This document shows positions 34,695 to 47,719 of a stretch of 64,000 bases of DNA, in pieces. The notes beneath the pieces are model-generated. The model did no database searches, was not told where the DNA came from, and was given only the letters and a program-made list of their open reading frames with translations. The position numbers and the translations under genes are program-made. Source of the DNA: Dicyema japonicum. Taxonomy: Eukaryota; Animalia; Dicyemida. Position 1 is the first letter of the stretch. Each line of letters starts with the position of its first letter. The stretch is from the NCBI GenBank assembly GCA_011109175.1, contig RDEW01000003.1:248001-312000 (forward strand), written 5' to 3'.

Positions 34695-35404
34695 GACATA
34701 TAGGAATATATGATTCGTCGCATATATTTTTGTTAGTCACCAAATACACCGTTAGCTGCTGAAGCAGAAAAAACCATTTTTATTAGATTGGTTAAATCTA
34801 TAATTTAAATATACAAAAAATAACCTCTCAACCTGACCCTGAATCCACGGAGCTCGGGGCCTTCCAAAAATATGTTTCACTCCAATATTCCCGGCATAAA
34901 GAATTTCGAAATTCCTTTCCATTGTCGGTGTGAAGAATAATCGGCCGGCCGTGTGTGCAAAAAACTTACAGAATAGGTCTGATATTTCTCCAGCGGTAAT
35001 CGAATGTGATAGTTCGAGAATGAGTCAATCACAACAAGAATCTGTAAATAAAAATCATTCATTCTGTTACCAAGAATTTAGCACCAACTCGTGCTTAGTG
35101 GTTGTGTTCAATGGGAATTTCACGATCTTTCCAACAAAAAGTTATCCACAATTCGAGAAACTGCCAGAGTTGGCTTCGATTCATATCATTGGATCGCTTC
35201 TACTAGAACGACAACGGAAATTCCTGAGGGTGGCCAACAGCAGCCCCTACATGGCGCTCTTATTGAAATACCTCAAAAACCAGCCAAAATATGAGAGGAC
35301 TCGAAGTCTGTTGTGGAGAACAATTCAAGGTGGTTGTACTTGTCGGTTTTGACCTCTTTTTTGTCAGTCTGGGATAAATTAGCCACTTGAGGATACGCGT
35401 TCCA

Positions 35405-35580
35405 GAAGAACCTTAACCCAAGCACAGTGATCAGAGGAGCTGAAGTCGATTCCAGAACTCGTCGCCAGGTAGCGGAATTGCCTTCCGGTAAAATGAATAA
35501 ATGGATCCTTTTGAATGCCGACCGGGCATTGGGGGTGTCCTGAGTAAGGTGGATCCAATGGCGCTTCCAGAAGGAAGATT
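35405..35580 (-). mobile_element. LINE 3' tail related to the 330-bp family
   Basis: Similar to 62545-62730; carries the GATCCACCT...AAAAGGATC motif. Confidence 0.65.
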
Positions 35581-35729
35581 TATAAAAGACTTACGCGCCA
35601 TATCGAATCACGGAATTTTTCGGGAAGGAACAATTGGGGCTTTCGTACAGAGAGATCATGTGGAGATTGTTTTTTCATCAGATTTTTTTACCAAAACAAT
35701 GTTCATTTTTAGTGACAAATGATTTATTA

Positions 35730-36330
35730 GAATTTTTTTAATGAAAAGGCAAGTTTCATCACTATTAAAAATATCTCCAATATTAAACTTGTCATACTCT
35801 TCGTAAAACGTTTAATTGAGTTTTTGTCGCTGGAATTCTTTCACCAGTATTCCTTTAAAAGATACTTCATGATGTTTCTCAAAGCGGCTGAGCCATCCAT
35901 TTGAGCCTTTGAAATTTTTAAAATTTATCCGATCCGCGAAAGTTCTGGCAATGTTTTTAGTAAAAAATCCGGAAACTGAATCAAATCCTTGTTTAATCTT
36001 CATTTTTATTTTAGATACTATTCCTTTCTCAACTTTATACATCTTAGATATTTCCCTTCCGGACATAGAGTTCATTGCTAAGGCTTCAAAAATTTTTTGT
36101 TTAAGACACAAGAAAGCGTTTTTTTGGTGTGGTTTAAAAAGGCACTCTATAATTTAGAATAAAATAATGAATAAAATTTTACTTAATAAAAATGCCCCAA
36201 TAATCGAGGTAGATGATTTTTATTTATTATTATTTTATTGGTCTGAAATTAAATAAACTATCATAAAATTAACTTTATAAAAAAGTGCCACGAATACAGA
36301 GGGTGCCCCAAGCCGGGGTTTTTAAAATGT
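35730..36330 (-). mobile_element. pogo/Tigger transposon fragment (CENP-B-type HTH)
   Basis: FKGSNGWLSRFEKHH and an N-terminal HTH segment SGREISKMYKVEKGIVSKI. Confidence 0.75.
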
Positions 36331-36575
36331 CCTATTATTTCCGCCCTAGTTATGACTGTTTGTGCTGGGCTTACCAAAGATTGCAAGTCTGTGATTAATA
36401 AATAAAATAAATTTGGTATATTAAACAAACCAATGATATTTGACTAAAGTCATCGAAAAGGCCACAAGTGAAAAGTAATTATGGCAAAAATCAACAATTC
36501 TAACATGAAAATAATTCTTTATCACAAAATCCAATAAAAAGGTCAAACCCGATTAGTAATTCCATATTAGTACAT

Positions 36576-37169
36576 TTAATCAATTTCCTTATCCATAAAC
36601 TTCCTTTTTGAGAAAGCAACCCAATGCTGCAATGAAAAGACAGTAATACCTTTGAAGGTTCATTCGACTGCTTATAAACGACACCAGCAATTCTATTGCC
36701 AGTTTCAACCCTCAGTTGGGTTAAATATTCACGATATTCCTGTTTTTCGGAAGAACTGGGAGTCTTGTACACGGAATTGAGGGGGAAACGGCTGTCTCCA
36801 GGAATGGAAAAGGACCCCACTGCTTTCGACTGCATATTTTTCACTGCAGTGGACCTATCTTTGGATTTAGCGATTATTTTCAAGCATTCTGAGATGTATA
36901 AAATAAGATAAATGAAAGTTCTGTCTGAGTGGCTCTCAATCTCGTAGAGTTTGTGGAGAACATTTGGTCGGAAGTAAGCAATGGCCACGTCGATTATGTC
37001 ATCCTCATTTTTATCAGCTAAAATCTTTACAGAAAACAACACATCAGTGGAGCAGGACCTCGAACTGTACTCTTTATGGGAAATATGGCAGTGTCTCCAA
37101 TGGATCTTCCCTCATGCTTCACTGGACAATTGAAAGCCTAAAGATTTATGAAAATTATGCTACTGGCAT
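36576..37169 (-). CDS. ARPC3: Arp2/3 complex subunit 3 (p21-Arc), 4 exons
   Basis: Introns 37138-37163 (26 nt), 37018-37040 (23), 36627-36649 (23). Spliced: MPAFNCP...PIKSTVRGPAP..DIIDVAIAYFRPNV..DRTFIYLILYISECLK..FSIPGDSRFPLN..YLTQLRVETG..PSKHWVAFSKRKFMDKEID. Confidence 0.96.
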
Positions 37170-37919
37170 TAACGACCAACAACTATAAATGTACTTATTT
37201 AAAACCAAGATTATTTATTTAATTTCCATATATTAATTTTATAAACTATTAAAATAAATAATAAATCAGGTAATTTTAATTTAATATACTTTGAGTTTTC
37301 CATGTGTTCATTGTTTTAGTGTATACTGTCCGAACTTGGCTAATTTGTTTAAAACGTCCACGCATTAGTAAAGGCACGTGTGCCCAAGAGAACTATCGAA
37401 AGTTTCTCCGATGATGCCCCCTTGACCCACGACGTGGGAGGTCTCTTGTGCTACCTACCGTGAAAGAGGCTAATAAGGAGCAAATGACCTAAATCTTCGT
37501 TAGGGGTAAAAACGAAGACACGTGAGAAGAATTGGTAGTTAGTCGTAGTATTTTTTCTTCGATAATCAAGTAATGTTTCTACCCCCGCTGATTACAAAAT
37601 TGTTACCTTTACTATGTCATTGATAAGACATTGAGTAATTTTTAGTAGAAAATGGACTCAAGTTAAGTATCACCATGTTTCGTCCATAGTTAAATGCACT
37701 CCTGGTCTCTGAGTCGCGTCGTAATTTGATCCCCAAGGCGATTATAAACATTTTTTAAGAGTTGCATCACTACTGAATCATTTCGATATGCTTTGCTAGA
37801 AGACCACGCAAGGAGGATCCGGGAATTGTTGAGGCTGGGATCACTTAATGTTTTTAACATCTTTTTTGGTGATCTTGGGGTTCTCAAATAATCGCGTCAA
37901 ACAGTCAGAAATTAAATGT

Positions 37920-38000
37920 ATTTTCTGTTGATACGTCAGGAATCCTTGGCCCACGAACGGACAACCTAATCCGTAAGATCGGCTCACTGATCCAACAACA
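37920..38000 (+). mobile_element. CRE-clade 3' remnant
   Basis: SVDTSGILGPRTDNLIRKIGSLI resembles AVETSGVIGSRSLALLNKIGSLV of the main CRE. Confidence 0.55.
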
Positions 38001-38432
38001 GATACATGTCTTCATTGTAAGTCAAGGAGCATGTCGGTTGATCATTTATCAACTCGGAGCGGATCCATGATATGTGTGGAGGTACAACGAGGTAGTGAGG
38101 AGTCTTCACTTCTACTATGCAATAAGTATGGTATTCGCCACACCATAAAGTTGCGGACTCATAAGGTGCAATCAGTAGTAGAGACACCAGGGTCCAAATC
38201 AAGGTAGACAGTGTTATCTGAACCTCGGTGCAGGAGGTTCAATTGGACAAGGCGCTCTCGGAGTTGTTTCAGCAACCAGAATCTAACCTGCTTGAGGAGG
38301 CTGGCGAACAGGTAGGCGAAGAAGGTTGTTGATTATTAAATATTAACTTTTTTATTGTTGGTAAAATAAAGTGGGTTTATTAAAAAATTTATTTTGAAAA
38401 TTTATTAGTTTTATATTATTTTAAAGTCCGAC

Positions 38433-39610
38433 TCATGGGAGGTTTTTTCGGTCATCATTTCTTACACTATCCAAATGACAGTATACTTCGAAGTTGGAGG
38501 CGATCACGGGAATCGGCAAAGTGATAGTCAAAATTCCAAAAACAGCAGATAACGAACAAATGATCTTCCCCATACAGTAGTAGGATAAATGTCCCCATAA
38601 CCAATAGTCGTTATTGTAATAACAGCCCACCAAAATGTTTCTGGAATACTTTTAAATTTGGTGTCCGGAGCATTCATTTCTGCAAAATATATGAGACTCG
38701 AGAAAAAGAAAATTATGAAAATAAAAAATATTATCAGCACTAAAAGTTCGTTGATGGACGACCGAATCGTTAGGCCGAGGATTTTGAGGCTTTTTGAATG
38801 CCTTGAAAGCTTAAAAATTCTGAATAATCTTAGCAATTTGAAGATCCTTATGGCCTCGAAGCTGTTCACCTTCCAATTTACGGTGACCCAATTCGCCAGG
38901 TTTATAAAATATGGAAGAATCGACAGAATATCAACCCAATTCAAAAAATTTTTTAAAAATTTATGCTTTTCAGGATTAACCACAAATCGAAATACAAGTT
39001 CAAGTAAAAACCAGACGCTACAACACGAGTCGGTTATGAAAAATAGTAAAGAAAAATTTATTTGTCCCGCCATGTCTTGGGTATATTGGGGGATAGTTTC
39101 CATGCAAAATATTGAAAGTGATAAGCCGATGACTAACAATGAAAATAAACTATAAATTTTGGCGTAAATTGAACTATTTGGGTATTCAAAAAATCGCCAC
39201 AGTTTTCTCAGGATCGGATTTACTGGTATGACGGGTTCGTCGTTGAGTTTCATGAGGTTTGCTATTTGCTGGTTTTCGTACAATTCGGACATAATTTTGT
39301 TATCGAAGCCGAAAAAAATCATTTCATTTACGAAGACGTCCAAATGAATTTCTGGCGGGATTCTTAGGATCCCCCCACTCTGGTAAAAATATAGAAGATT
39401 CTCAAAGCATTTCCGACTTCGGTCAAAGAAATATTCACCGTTGTTTTCGTCGTAGTATTGATTCCGTAGTTCTAAATTCCCGAGCAGGGTATTTGGGAAT
39501 TTGCTCAAAGTTTCAGAATATGTTTCAAAACGAAAGCCAGATACATTGATCACAATTTTGGTTTTACGGAGGTCATTTTCTAATCTTATCTCCACCGATG
39601 GATCATTCAT
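38433..39610 (-). CDS. KCNA-like: Shaker/Kv1-type voltage-gated K+ channel, intronless, one -1 slip at a G4 run
   Basis: T1 domain INVSGFRFET..EYFFDR..LYFYQSGG; S4 IRIFKLLRLFRIFKLSRH; pore FWWAVITITTIGYGD; S6 LPIPVIASNF lies in the next frame, restored by one extra G at 38568-38571. Confidence 0.93.
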
Positions 39611-40199
39611 TCTGCTACGATTATGCTTGAAGAGATTTTAAATACAACGAATCCACTCAAAGTAACAAATGTCGTATTTCAAGTAGAATCGATAGTTTAT
39701 TCCGTTTTGACTTGTGCTTCACTTTCTCCGAGATAGAATATGCTTTTTCGGCATCCCCCGTTGTATGTCTATGCGAAGAACAGTTACTATCTGACAACCC
39801 GGTGTAAGTGGATGATGTACTCTGACATGTAAGCGGAGTCTGAACTAAGACCTAATGAAATACTTTGTAGACGGGAGAGCGTCTGCTTGTGCTGACCAAA
39901 TCCATCCTCTAATAATCTATTACAGGCTCCCGCTTTAGAAAAGAGGTGAAGTAAATCCGTCCTCTTCCATTTTCATGTGACAAGGTGACGGGCTCAGGAA
40001 CCAGAAGTTCATCACTTCTCTTAGGTGGAAGAGTTTTCAAACTAATGATACCGTCCCTTGAGTTATCTAATCTTGTCTTTATCGGACTCGCAGTCCATCT
40101 ATTCTACAGGTAAGAAAGTAGTAGAAAGGATAGTAGTGAGTGCGGCACAAACGAACCCATAATATGCTTATGAAACGCGTAAGTGATTTTAACTATTTT

Positions 40200-41040
40200 A
40201 CGATGCTTTTTCAATCACCTTCCAAATTATTGGTATATCAATTTATATCTCAATAAGTCCCCCCAAAGCTTTATAATTTTACTCCACTTTCACCACACCT
40301 ATTCAACTTATTCTTAAATGATCTGCCCTCCCTTTCCAGTGACGATGCTCTAGTTCTGACATATGCGGATGATATAATCGTCGCAGTCAAAGACCAGTGC
40401 GTTAATACTGCTGTTTACCGGATACAAGCTTTATTGGACGATCTGAACTGTTGGCTCGTTAAGAACATTCTACATACAAGTCCCGAAAAGTCTTATACAA
40501 CAATTTTCACAACAAACAGAAGATTGACAAACTCCTCTCCATGTGTAACCATAAATGGAAACTCAATTCCCACGACTAACTCGGTCAAGATACTGGGCGT
40601 AACTTACGACCACTCTTGACCTTCAGCAAACACATCGACAACGTCATCTCTTCGGCACAACGAAGGCTAAATTTTGTTAAAACACTCCTTGGACAATATA
40701 AGGGGTGTTTCAACTCAAATTTGGACTCACTCTACGTGCAGTATATTCAGCCGTCTCTAACTTACGGGTGTGCTGCATGGGGAACAAACCTATCAAACAG
40801 GAATATAGAAAAAAGCAATACCTTCCAAAGAATGGCCAGTAAGGTTTTGCAAAGGTTTTCTTGGACATCTCTAAACTTTACACCTTTTGAGGAATTAGTG
40901 AGGAAAACCGGAGCCTTACTACCTCCAATAAAGTTAGAAACCCCACCCAATCCGGTAATGCGTTGGAACCCGGGAAGAACACCGAGCAAGAATGAGATGG
41001 CTACTCGAGGCGGCCGGAATCACCTGACGGCTATGTAGTT
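40200..41040 (+). mobile_element. APE-type LINE RT fragment
   Basis: LFNLFLNDLP, YADDIIV, KILGVTYD, LTYGCAAWG. Confidence 0.8.
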
Positions 41041-41044
41041 ATTT

Positions 41045-42190
41045 AATTTGTCGGAGCTAATAAACCTGTTATTTACTGCTTTAACGTTACAGCCTGGATG
41101 AAATTGAAATTGTTTTCAAAATGGTTGCAAGATGTGAACATGCAGATGATACGCCAGGAACGAAAAATTATTGTTTTTGGATAATGCAGCATCACATTCA
41201 CCAAACGTAAAATATTCCAACGTGGAACTCAAATTTTTTCAGCTAACACAACGAGTGTCATACAGCCTCTGGATCAAGGAATTATTCGGTCATTTAAAGA
41301 ATGATACAGAAGACTACTAATGACTCAACTTCTTGCCAAAATGGACACAGAAACCAATGCGACACCACTTGCAAAAAATTTCTCTCTTGGATGCTATCCG
41401 GTGGATTAGCACAGCTTGGATAGACGTGAATTCAAACACAATCTCCCTCTGCTTTAATAAGTGTGGCATTCAAGTCAAAATATATGATATAAACGGCATT
41501 CCTGAAAACAATTTACTGTTCATACCCCTCATGATAGACTAGTCGATAATCCAATGACAGAAGAAGAATTTGTCAACTTAGACTTGGAACTACCCACTGA
41601 AAATCCCAAAAAATAGGAATCATCCCTAGTTGAGCAATGCCAAACAGTCTCAGCTGAAGATAATGACATGACTCAGATTCTGATAAGCAAACAGAGCCAA
41701 AACAAATAGAAAATTAAAACTCACAAATGTTCAACAGACCAAATCTGCCACTTTGCTTGCACTCAAGACCCTGCATTACTCGATCCTGTCAACAGACTGA
41801 TCTATCTGAACAATAAAGCGATTGCTGAGTCGAAGCTAAATACGAGGCAATCCTTATTGACAAATTTCTATTAATTTTACTGTTTCACTTTTTCGTTATA
41901 AGTAAATTTAATGACTTGTTCAATATACCGGCTTCCCTTCCATACCGGACAATTCTTTCGGTCCCAAAAGGAATCAGTTTAGAGGGGTTTGCCTGTATAT
42001 TCCTTCAACAAAAAAATGCAAATCGTTAAAATTTCATGAACTTCGAATGCATAAATTACACGGGAAATGATAACTGACAAACAACCTGACGTAGAAGGAT
42101 TTGTAGATCACTTTGAAGAATTTTCCAAACATTATAAAAAGACAAAATTTACAATATGGACGAGACAGGGCTTTATTATATATTGATAAT
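41045..42190 (+). mobile_element. Tigger/pogo transposase fragments
   Basis: LDNAASH, NTTSVIQPLDQGIIRSFK, AWIDVNSNTISLCFNKCG; right end ...GCCTG|TA near 41995; a further piece IYNMDETGLYY at about 42150. Confidence 0.8.
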
Positions 42191-43116
42191 AAAAAAATAA
42201 TATCAAAAAATCAGAATGACTAGTAATGCCATATTGTTTATTGACACACATCGCTGTTCCTCGCTGCTTTACATAAAATGTCTCACTGGATAGGAGAAAA
42301 TCTTTTTGGCACAATGAATTCTCTTTTTTCCTTGTTGGTAAATCTCTAGCTTATGCTTGTGTAAAGTTCATCGGTTTAATAGTAAAGCTCCGTGCTTTTT
42401 ACTTTATTAGATATCTTTTGAATGGTAGTGCATCTATTTGCTTTCAACAATTTGAGCTTAAAATTCTCTCCCAAACTGGAAGGCCCGGGCTGTGGTGTTC
42501 ATATTTTTTTATCAAAATTTGTCTGCCCTTCCCAATTAATGGATAATATGAATATAGCTGGCAAGAACTATCATCAGAGCTGGTCCACACCACATACCTT
42601 ATCCCAAAAAGTTGACTGTCAATCCTAAGAATTTAAGACCGATCACTTATATGCCTGGTTTGTTTAAACTTGTGTGTCGATGAAAGATCTCTAAATATGT
42701 ATAAGTTTCCAGGCCTCATTTCAGACTCTCAATTGATTGCTAAGAACAGGCAGATAGATTAATGAGACGCATAAAAAATCTCTCTTGTGCCTGGATTGAT
42801 GTTAAAAGGCAGTGGACTACGACTTCTTAATCCCCTATCCCAAAGCATTTATGCATTAGAGGACCGTCACAAGATATGAGAGTATATCATGTTTTTTTGG
42901 AGAGCCATACAAGATTCTCACCCACGTCAGATAGGACCTTCCCTATGTCGTTCTGGGGTTACATAGTTATGAAGTTTCTTTCCTTTAACCCAGTGATCCT
43001 GGGGTAATAATAATAGGGAAACATCAATCAAACCCTTAAAAACCTTAGTAATTAATAAAACTACTACAATTTAATCGTTTAAAATTTAAATCAAAACTAA
43101 TGGGAAACAAAAAAAT

Positions 43117-46100
43117 TCACAAATCATAATCGCTATCCGTAAATTTATCACTAAAATTTTGATCATATTCAACATTGTCGTCCTCAGAGTCCTCAATTTT
43201 TGCTAAATTAATAAAAATATTTAAAAAACGTCTCATAAAGAAGTACTTATCATTCAAATCAGGGTCGTTAAAGTCGTCGTTCTCTGAATCCACATACCTC
43301 TCACAGTCGAGAGAAAGCCAATTCGTCTAAGAACATTTCAAATAAACACAACCTTGTTGGAATTCCCTGTCACAGAATACCAACGAACATTGTCGTTTTT
43401 TCTCAGCACAATTTGAACTTCGTACACACATACTTTATATCTGCATTTTTGTACAACAACGTCCTTCAGAGGCAAAATGAAGGCATAAAAAGACCCCCCG
43501 GAATTCGCACTAGAACATAAACGAACAGTTTACGAAAACAGAAGAACAGTTCCCTTGCTAGCTAATAACACTTGTTCCTTTGTAGCATTGAACAAATGGA
43601 CAGCAATGAATAATTTGAAGTACGTCTCTGCCCACGTAACCTTCGGTTGTAGCCTTTCAGGTAATCAAACCAATCACCTTTTCTCCTCCTCATTCACTCC
43701 CTTCCAAAAGTCAACTTGAGAGTCCACAAACTCAATGTCATTGCTGCATAATATACAAATAACAAACATTTTTAAAAGATGTTCTGGGGTTTCTCTTTTC
43801 TTTGTACACAAGACTGGAGCTACCGCGACCTCTTCTTCCTTATTGGGGACCAATCTTTTAAGTAGTTCTTCACTGAAGTCAGAAATAGGATCAGGAAACG
43901 TGGCCAGGCTAAATATACAGTCATCAATACCGTTGTAGGGAATTGACAATATTAAAATTGGTAATTCTTGAATAGTCGGTCAAATTTTCAATAAAAACAG
44001 TCATTAGAATCAATAATTGCAAAAGAATCTTGAATTTTATCAAAATGCGACCTGGTGATCCTCCGAGGTTTTTAGAAGACTACACAGGATAGCAATCGGT
44101 AGCACCTCGTACTCAAATCTGCGGACCGCTCTACAAATGGTTACACACAAATACGATTTGTCCATGAGAAAAGCAGTAATACACTTTAAAATTGGAATCA
44201 GAATAGCCCCAGAGGACCTCCTTTCTAACGAAAGCATCATTTTGAGGGAATCAGAGAGATTGTCCTCGTATTGCGGACTCAGGGGAGTCTCCATCGCTTG
44301 TAATAGCGATGTAATTATGCATAGTAGCGAATCTCTGATCTACCATTAAGCACAAAACATGCCTCATACACATTATCCTTCTGTGAAATGTTTGATAGGA
44401 AAGGAACAAACATATCAAAAGGACGAAACTCAAATAAGTGATCACAAAAACTTAATTTAGTACAAAATGAACCATTTTGATTTTGACAAATGAATACAAG
44501 CGTCAAGAAACGGCTTTGGGGGTGACAGCATACCATTGAATGACTCAGCATAACACATCATAACATAAGCCACGTGCGAATTAACCAAAAAATCCTCACT
44601 TAATTCACATTTATATAGATTTTGAAGTAAATCAGTCCACAACTCAGTCAAGTCATGTCCAGTATCCACTATGAGCGGAGAGAATCTCTAATAATACCCG
44701 CCAATTTACTGTCATCACTGAAAGTCAGTACACAAAAACCAATCAGTAGATAATTCCTCCCTAATATTATCGTATATTCTACAAACACTGTCATTTAGTC
44801 TCTAAGGGTTATTCAAACAGTACTAATGCGTCCCTCCCCTTTATTTGAGTATTGTAGTGTATTGAGTTCTTCCCAAATGTCAATTTTGTAATATTTTGTT
44901 TCATAGTATAGCTTTACATCGAATGTTCCGTCATCTCTCTGTCTCTTTACATCCACCACATAGGTTATGTCTCTTTTATCAGTCGATTAAGGCCTCCTTA
45001 GCTTCATCTGGTCCATACTCCCCACCAATAGAGCAGTGGTATGCAAATATGGATGGTGTACAACTGATTTCCATTTTGTACAAATTGGAAGAGGCACATT
45101 AGTAAACAATTCCCAGTCGACCAAAAAACACCTTCCATGAATTTTCCTGCGGGGAGACCTTCACCAAGCACGATAAAACTTATTTAAGTAAGAAATCAAA
45201 CCAATTATCAGATTTTTTATCTTTTTGAAAATCCTCTAGTATAACTACCACGTTAATCTCCTTCCGAGACTCTTATAACGCTCCATTTGCTGTGAGTGGC
45301 AAGCATGTCCCTGTTCATATTCACAATTTCATTTAGGGAGCTCTTATCAACAAACAAAAAATGAGGATGGACTGTTAACGTGACAAATATTGACTTTGAG
45401 AGTCCCTTCTATTTGTTTACCGGTATCTCCTTCTTTGTATTTTGTAATCCAAAAATGGCTTGTTTTAAAAACGTCAATATGCTGGGGGTAATCAGATAAC
45501 CAACCTGTGTTGCCTCTGAGCCAGTTTGTGACTGATTAAATAGTGGATAAAGTCAAAGTTAACCACCTGTAGGTTCAACACATTCAATTTGCACTTCTTA
45601 ACTAGACTGTCAACCCATATTGTGAGTCCAGCCCTTTGATAATCAAAATAACTCACCTCAATGCGATGTGGGCAATAAACTCATCTCCACCAATGAGTTC
45701 TCTAATTTGAACATTCACCTGTTCAGTCCACTCTCTGTTCATATCTGCTGGGCATATTCCTCCAGGTATACGTCCACCACATGTCCTTCATTCTCTCAAA
45801 GTTGTTCTGGCAGGTAGTAGAGGTCGCATAGTTCGCATGTGCAATAAATCCCATCATCCACCAATACACTGACAACCCATCTTCCATAACTCTTTGATGT
45901 GCCCCTACCCTGAGACAAAGGAATACCTTACAAACAGTCCATCTTGTTGAAGGCCACGCTTTGCTTCAGTTTTGGATGTTCTACAAGAAAGACAATAAAA
46001 TACTAATTTTAATATGATATTTTCTCGTTTACTATAAAATTTCAGCATTTCCATCGCCAGCTTTTTGTACTGAGTGGTGTAGTCTTCAGAGAGAGAGGAG

Positions 46101-47643
46101 GTTGTATCAAAATGTGACAGAATTCTACACTTGAAGTGGAAGCGTTCAATGCAGAGAGGATGTGACCTTTGTGTTATTTCTCCACAAAACCCTAATATGA
46201 CCAGAAGATGGAAGATCATCGCAGTTTGGTTCGTCAAAATAATCCATAAACTGCTTCCCACCGTGATAATTCTGACATTTATCTCCAAGACTAATGGAAT
46301 TTCACATATAATTACTGGCAAATTCCAAATTTAACCAACGTGGAACAAATGCCTTCCCCACGTTTCTTACTAGCCAAGTTCTGCACAACATCAGGTACAA
46401 CTTGTCCAGATCTTTTCATCAGGTTCGAGTAATAGTGAGCCACATAAGGGAGTCCTTCATCACACTCACTCATAATGATATGTGAGGAAACATTCTAGGT
46501 AATCCAAAAGACTGACCAGTTTATTTGAAATGGCATTAAATAGACAGGAAAATCTCTCACCACTGCAAATGCCGTCAGAATAGTCAAAATGGACTACATC
46601 GGTGATCCCCTGCAGAATAGAACTGAGGTTGTCATCCACCACGAGCACTTTAACGGAGCAGATATCAACCAAATCCAGAAGTTGTGAAGAACTGCTTATA
46701 TACTTTGTGGAAAACTGCTATTTTGTTCATTGCCTACAATTGACACACAACACTCACGTTGACAAAAGGAGTCATTTGCTGTTGTGTGTAATTGGCGAAG
46801 ACTGCCACTTTGGCGAGGGGTTTAGAACTGAAACTACGAATAAGACGCGACAAAGTCATCATTTTCTTGTTTTGGCCTTCCTCCGTAATGTGGAACGTCT
46901 AAATATAAAGTTGGAGTACATGTGGGACAGCATGCATGACAGAGTACTCTGCAGGAGAGTCACACATAATCAGACTAGTTTGTTGGCAAAAGTCGCGAAA
47001 TTGGAACAAAACCGGGTCCCAGTAATCGGTCACAGCTATTTTTTGAACAACAAAGTCGCTAATTTGGTGGATAAGCATAGAAATTTCATCTGTCTGCTTA
47101 GAAAGCAGGGAAACAGTCTCCTCCATCACCAAATATCTCAGACGAGAAAGGTTAGTAGAATGGTCACTGAGGCGTCGCATTAGTGACGAGAGAGTACAAA
47201 TGAGGACTTCACAGCCATCAAGCAAGGTCATCTAGATAAAGACAAGGAAAAACCTGGGCTTCACTCTCTGAGATTCCACCCAAAATTGTACAACAGGTGA
47301 ACATGTCAGGAAGCATGGACTTGATAAAATTGGATATCTCCTCGATTTTACTCCATTGGTGGGTTATTATTATCAAAATTGGCTATTTTGTTAACAAAGG
47401 ACAAACTGTATGACCAGGCTCGATCTGGTTGGCGCTCATGTCGTAGCAGAGGGAGTTTAATACTGGGAATAAGTGTGAGGTCACGTTTTGATTAGAAATT
47501 AACTGAATATCCCGCCCACTGAATATGCTCCACAGGAGATCTCGATCTGCCGGGTTTTTTTCCTCGAATTCGACCAAAGAATTATGAATTGGGGGAGAAT
47601 ATCCACTTCGGTTTACATAATTTAAACCATCCACAAGGAACAT
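43117..47643 (-). CDS. TDRD12: TDRD12-like (Yb-family) protein: degenerate DEAD-box helicase, Tudor region and C-terminal CS domain; multi-exon
   Basis: Spliced motifs WSIFSGRDIQLIS..HLFPVL, PILIIITHQW, GCEVLICTLSSLMRRL, LRYLVMEET (motif II position), ICHVNSPSSFFV (Tudor-extended), PKVTWAET..LLFSANSGGSFYAFILPL..VQIVLRK..W..NWLSLDCERY (CS), then an acidic tail. Checked introns include 47383-47406 (24 nt), 47232-47253 (22), 24, 26 and 27 nt; not every exon was resolved. Confidence 0.78.
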
Positions 47644-47719
47644 TTTAATTGTTTATTTTTTTCCATATGAGTTTTATTTAAATTATATATTTTTGAAAAT
47701 TTAGTTTTAATTATTATTT

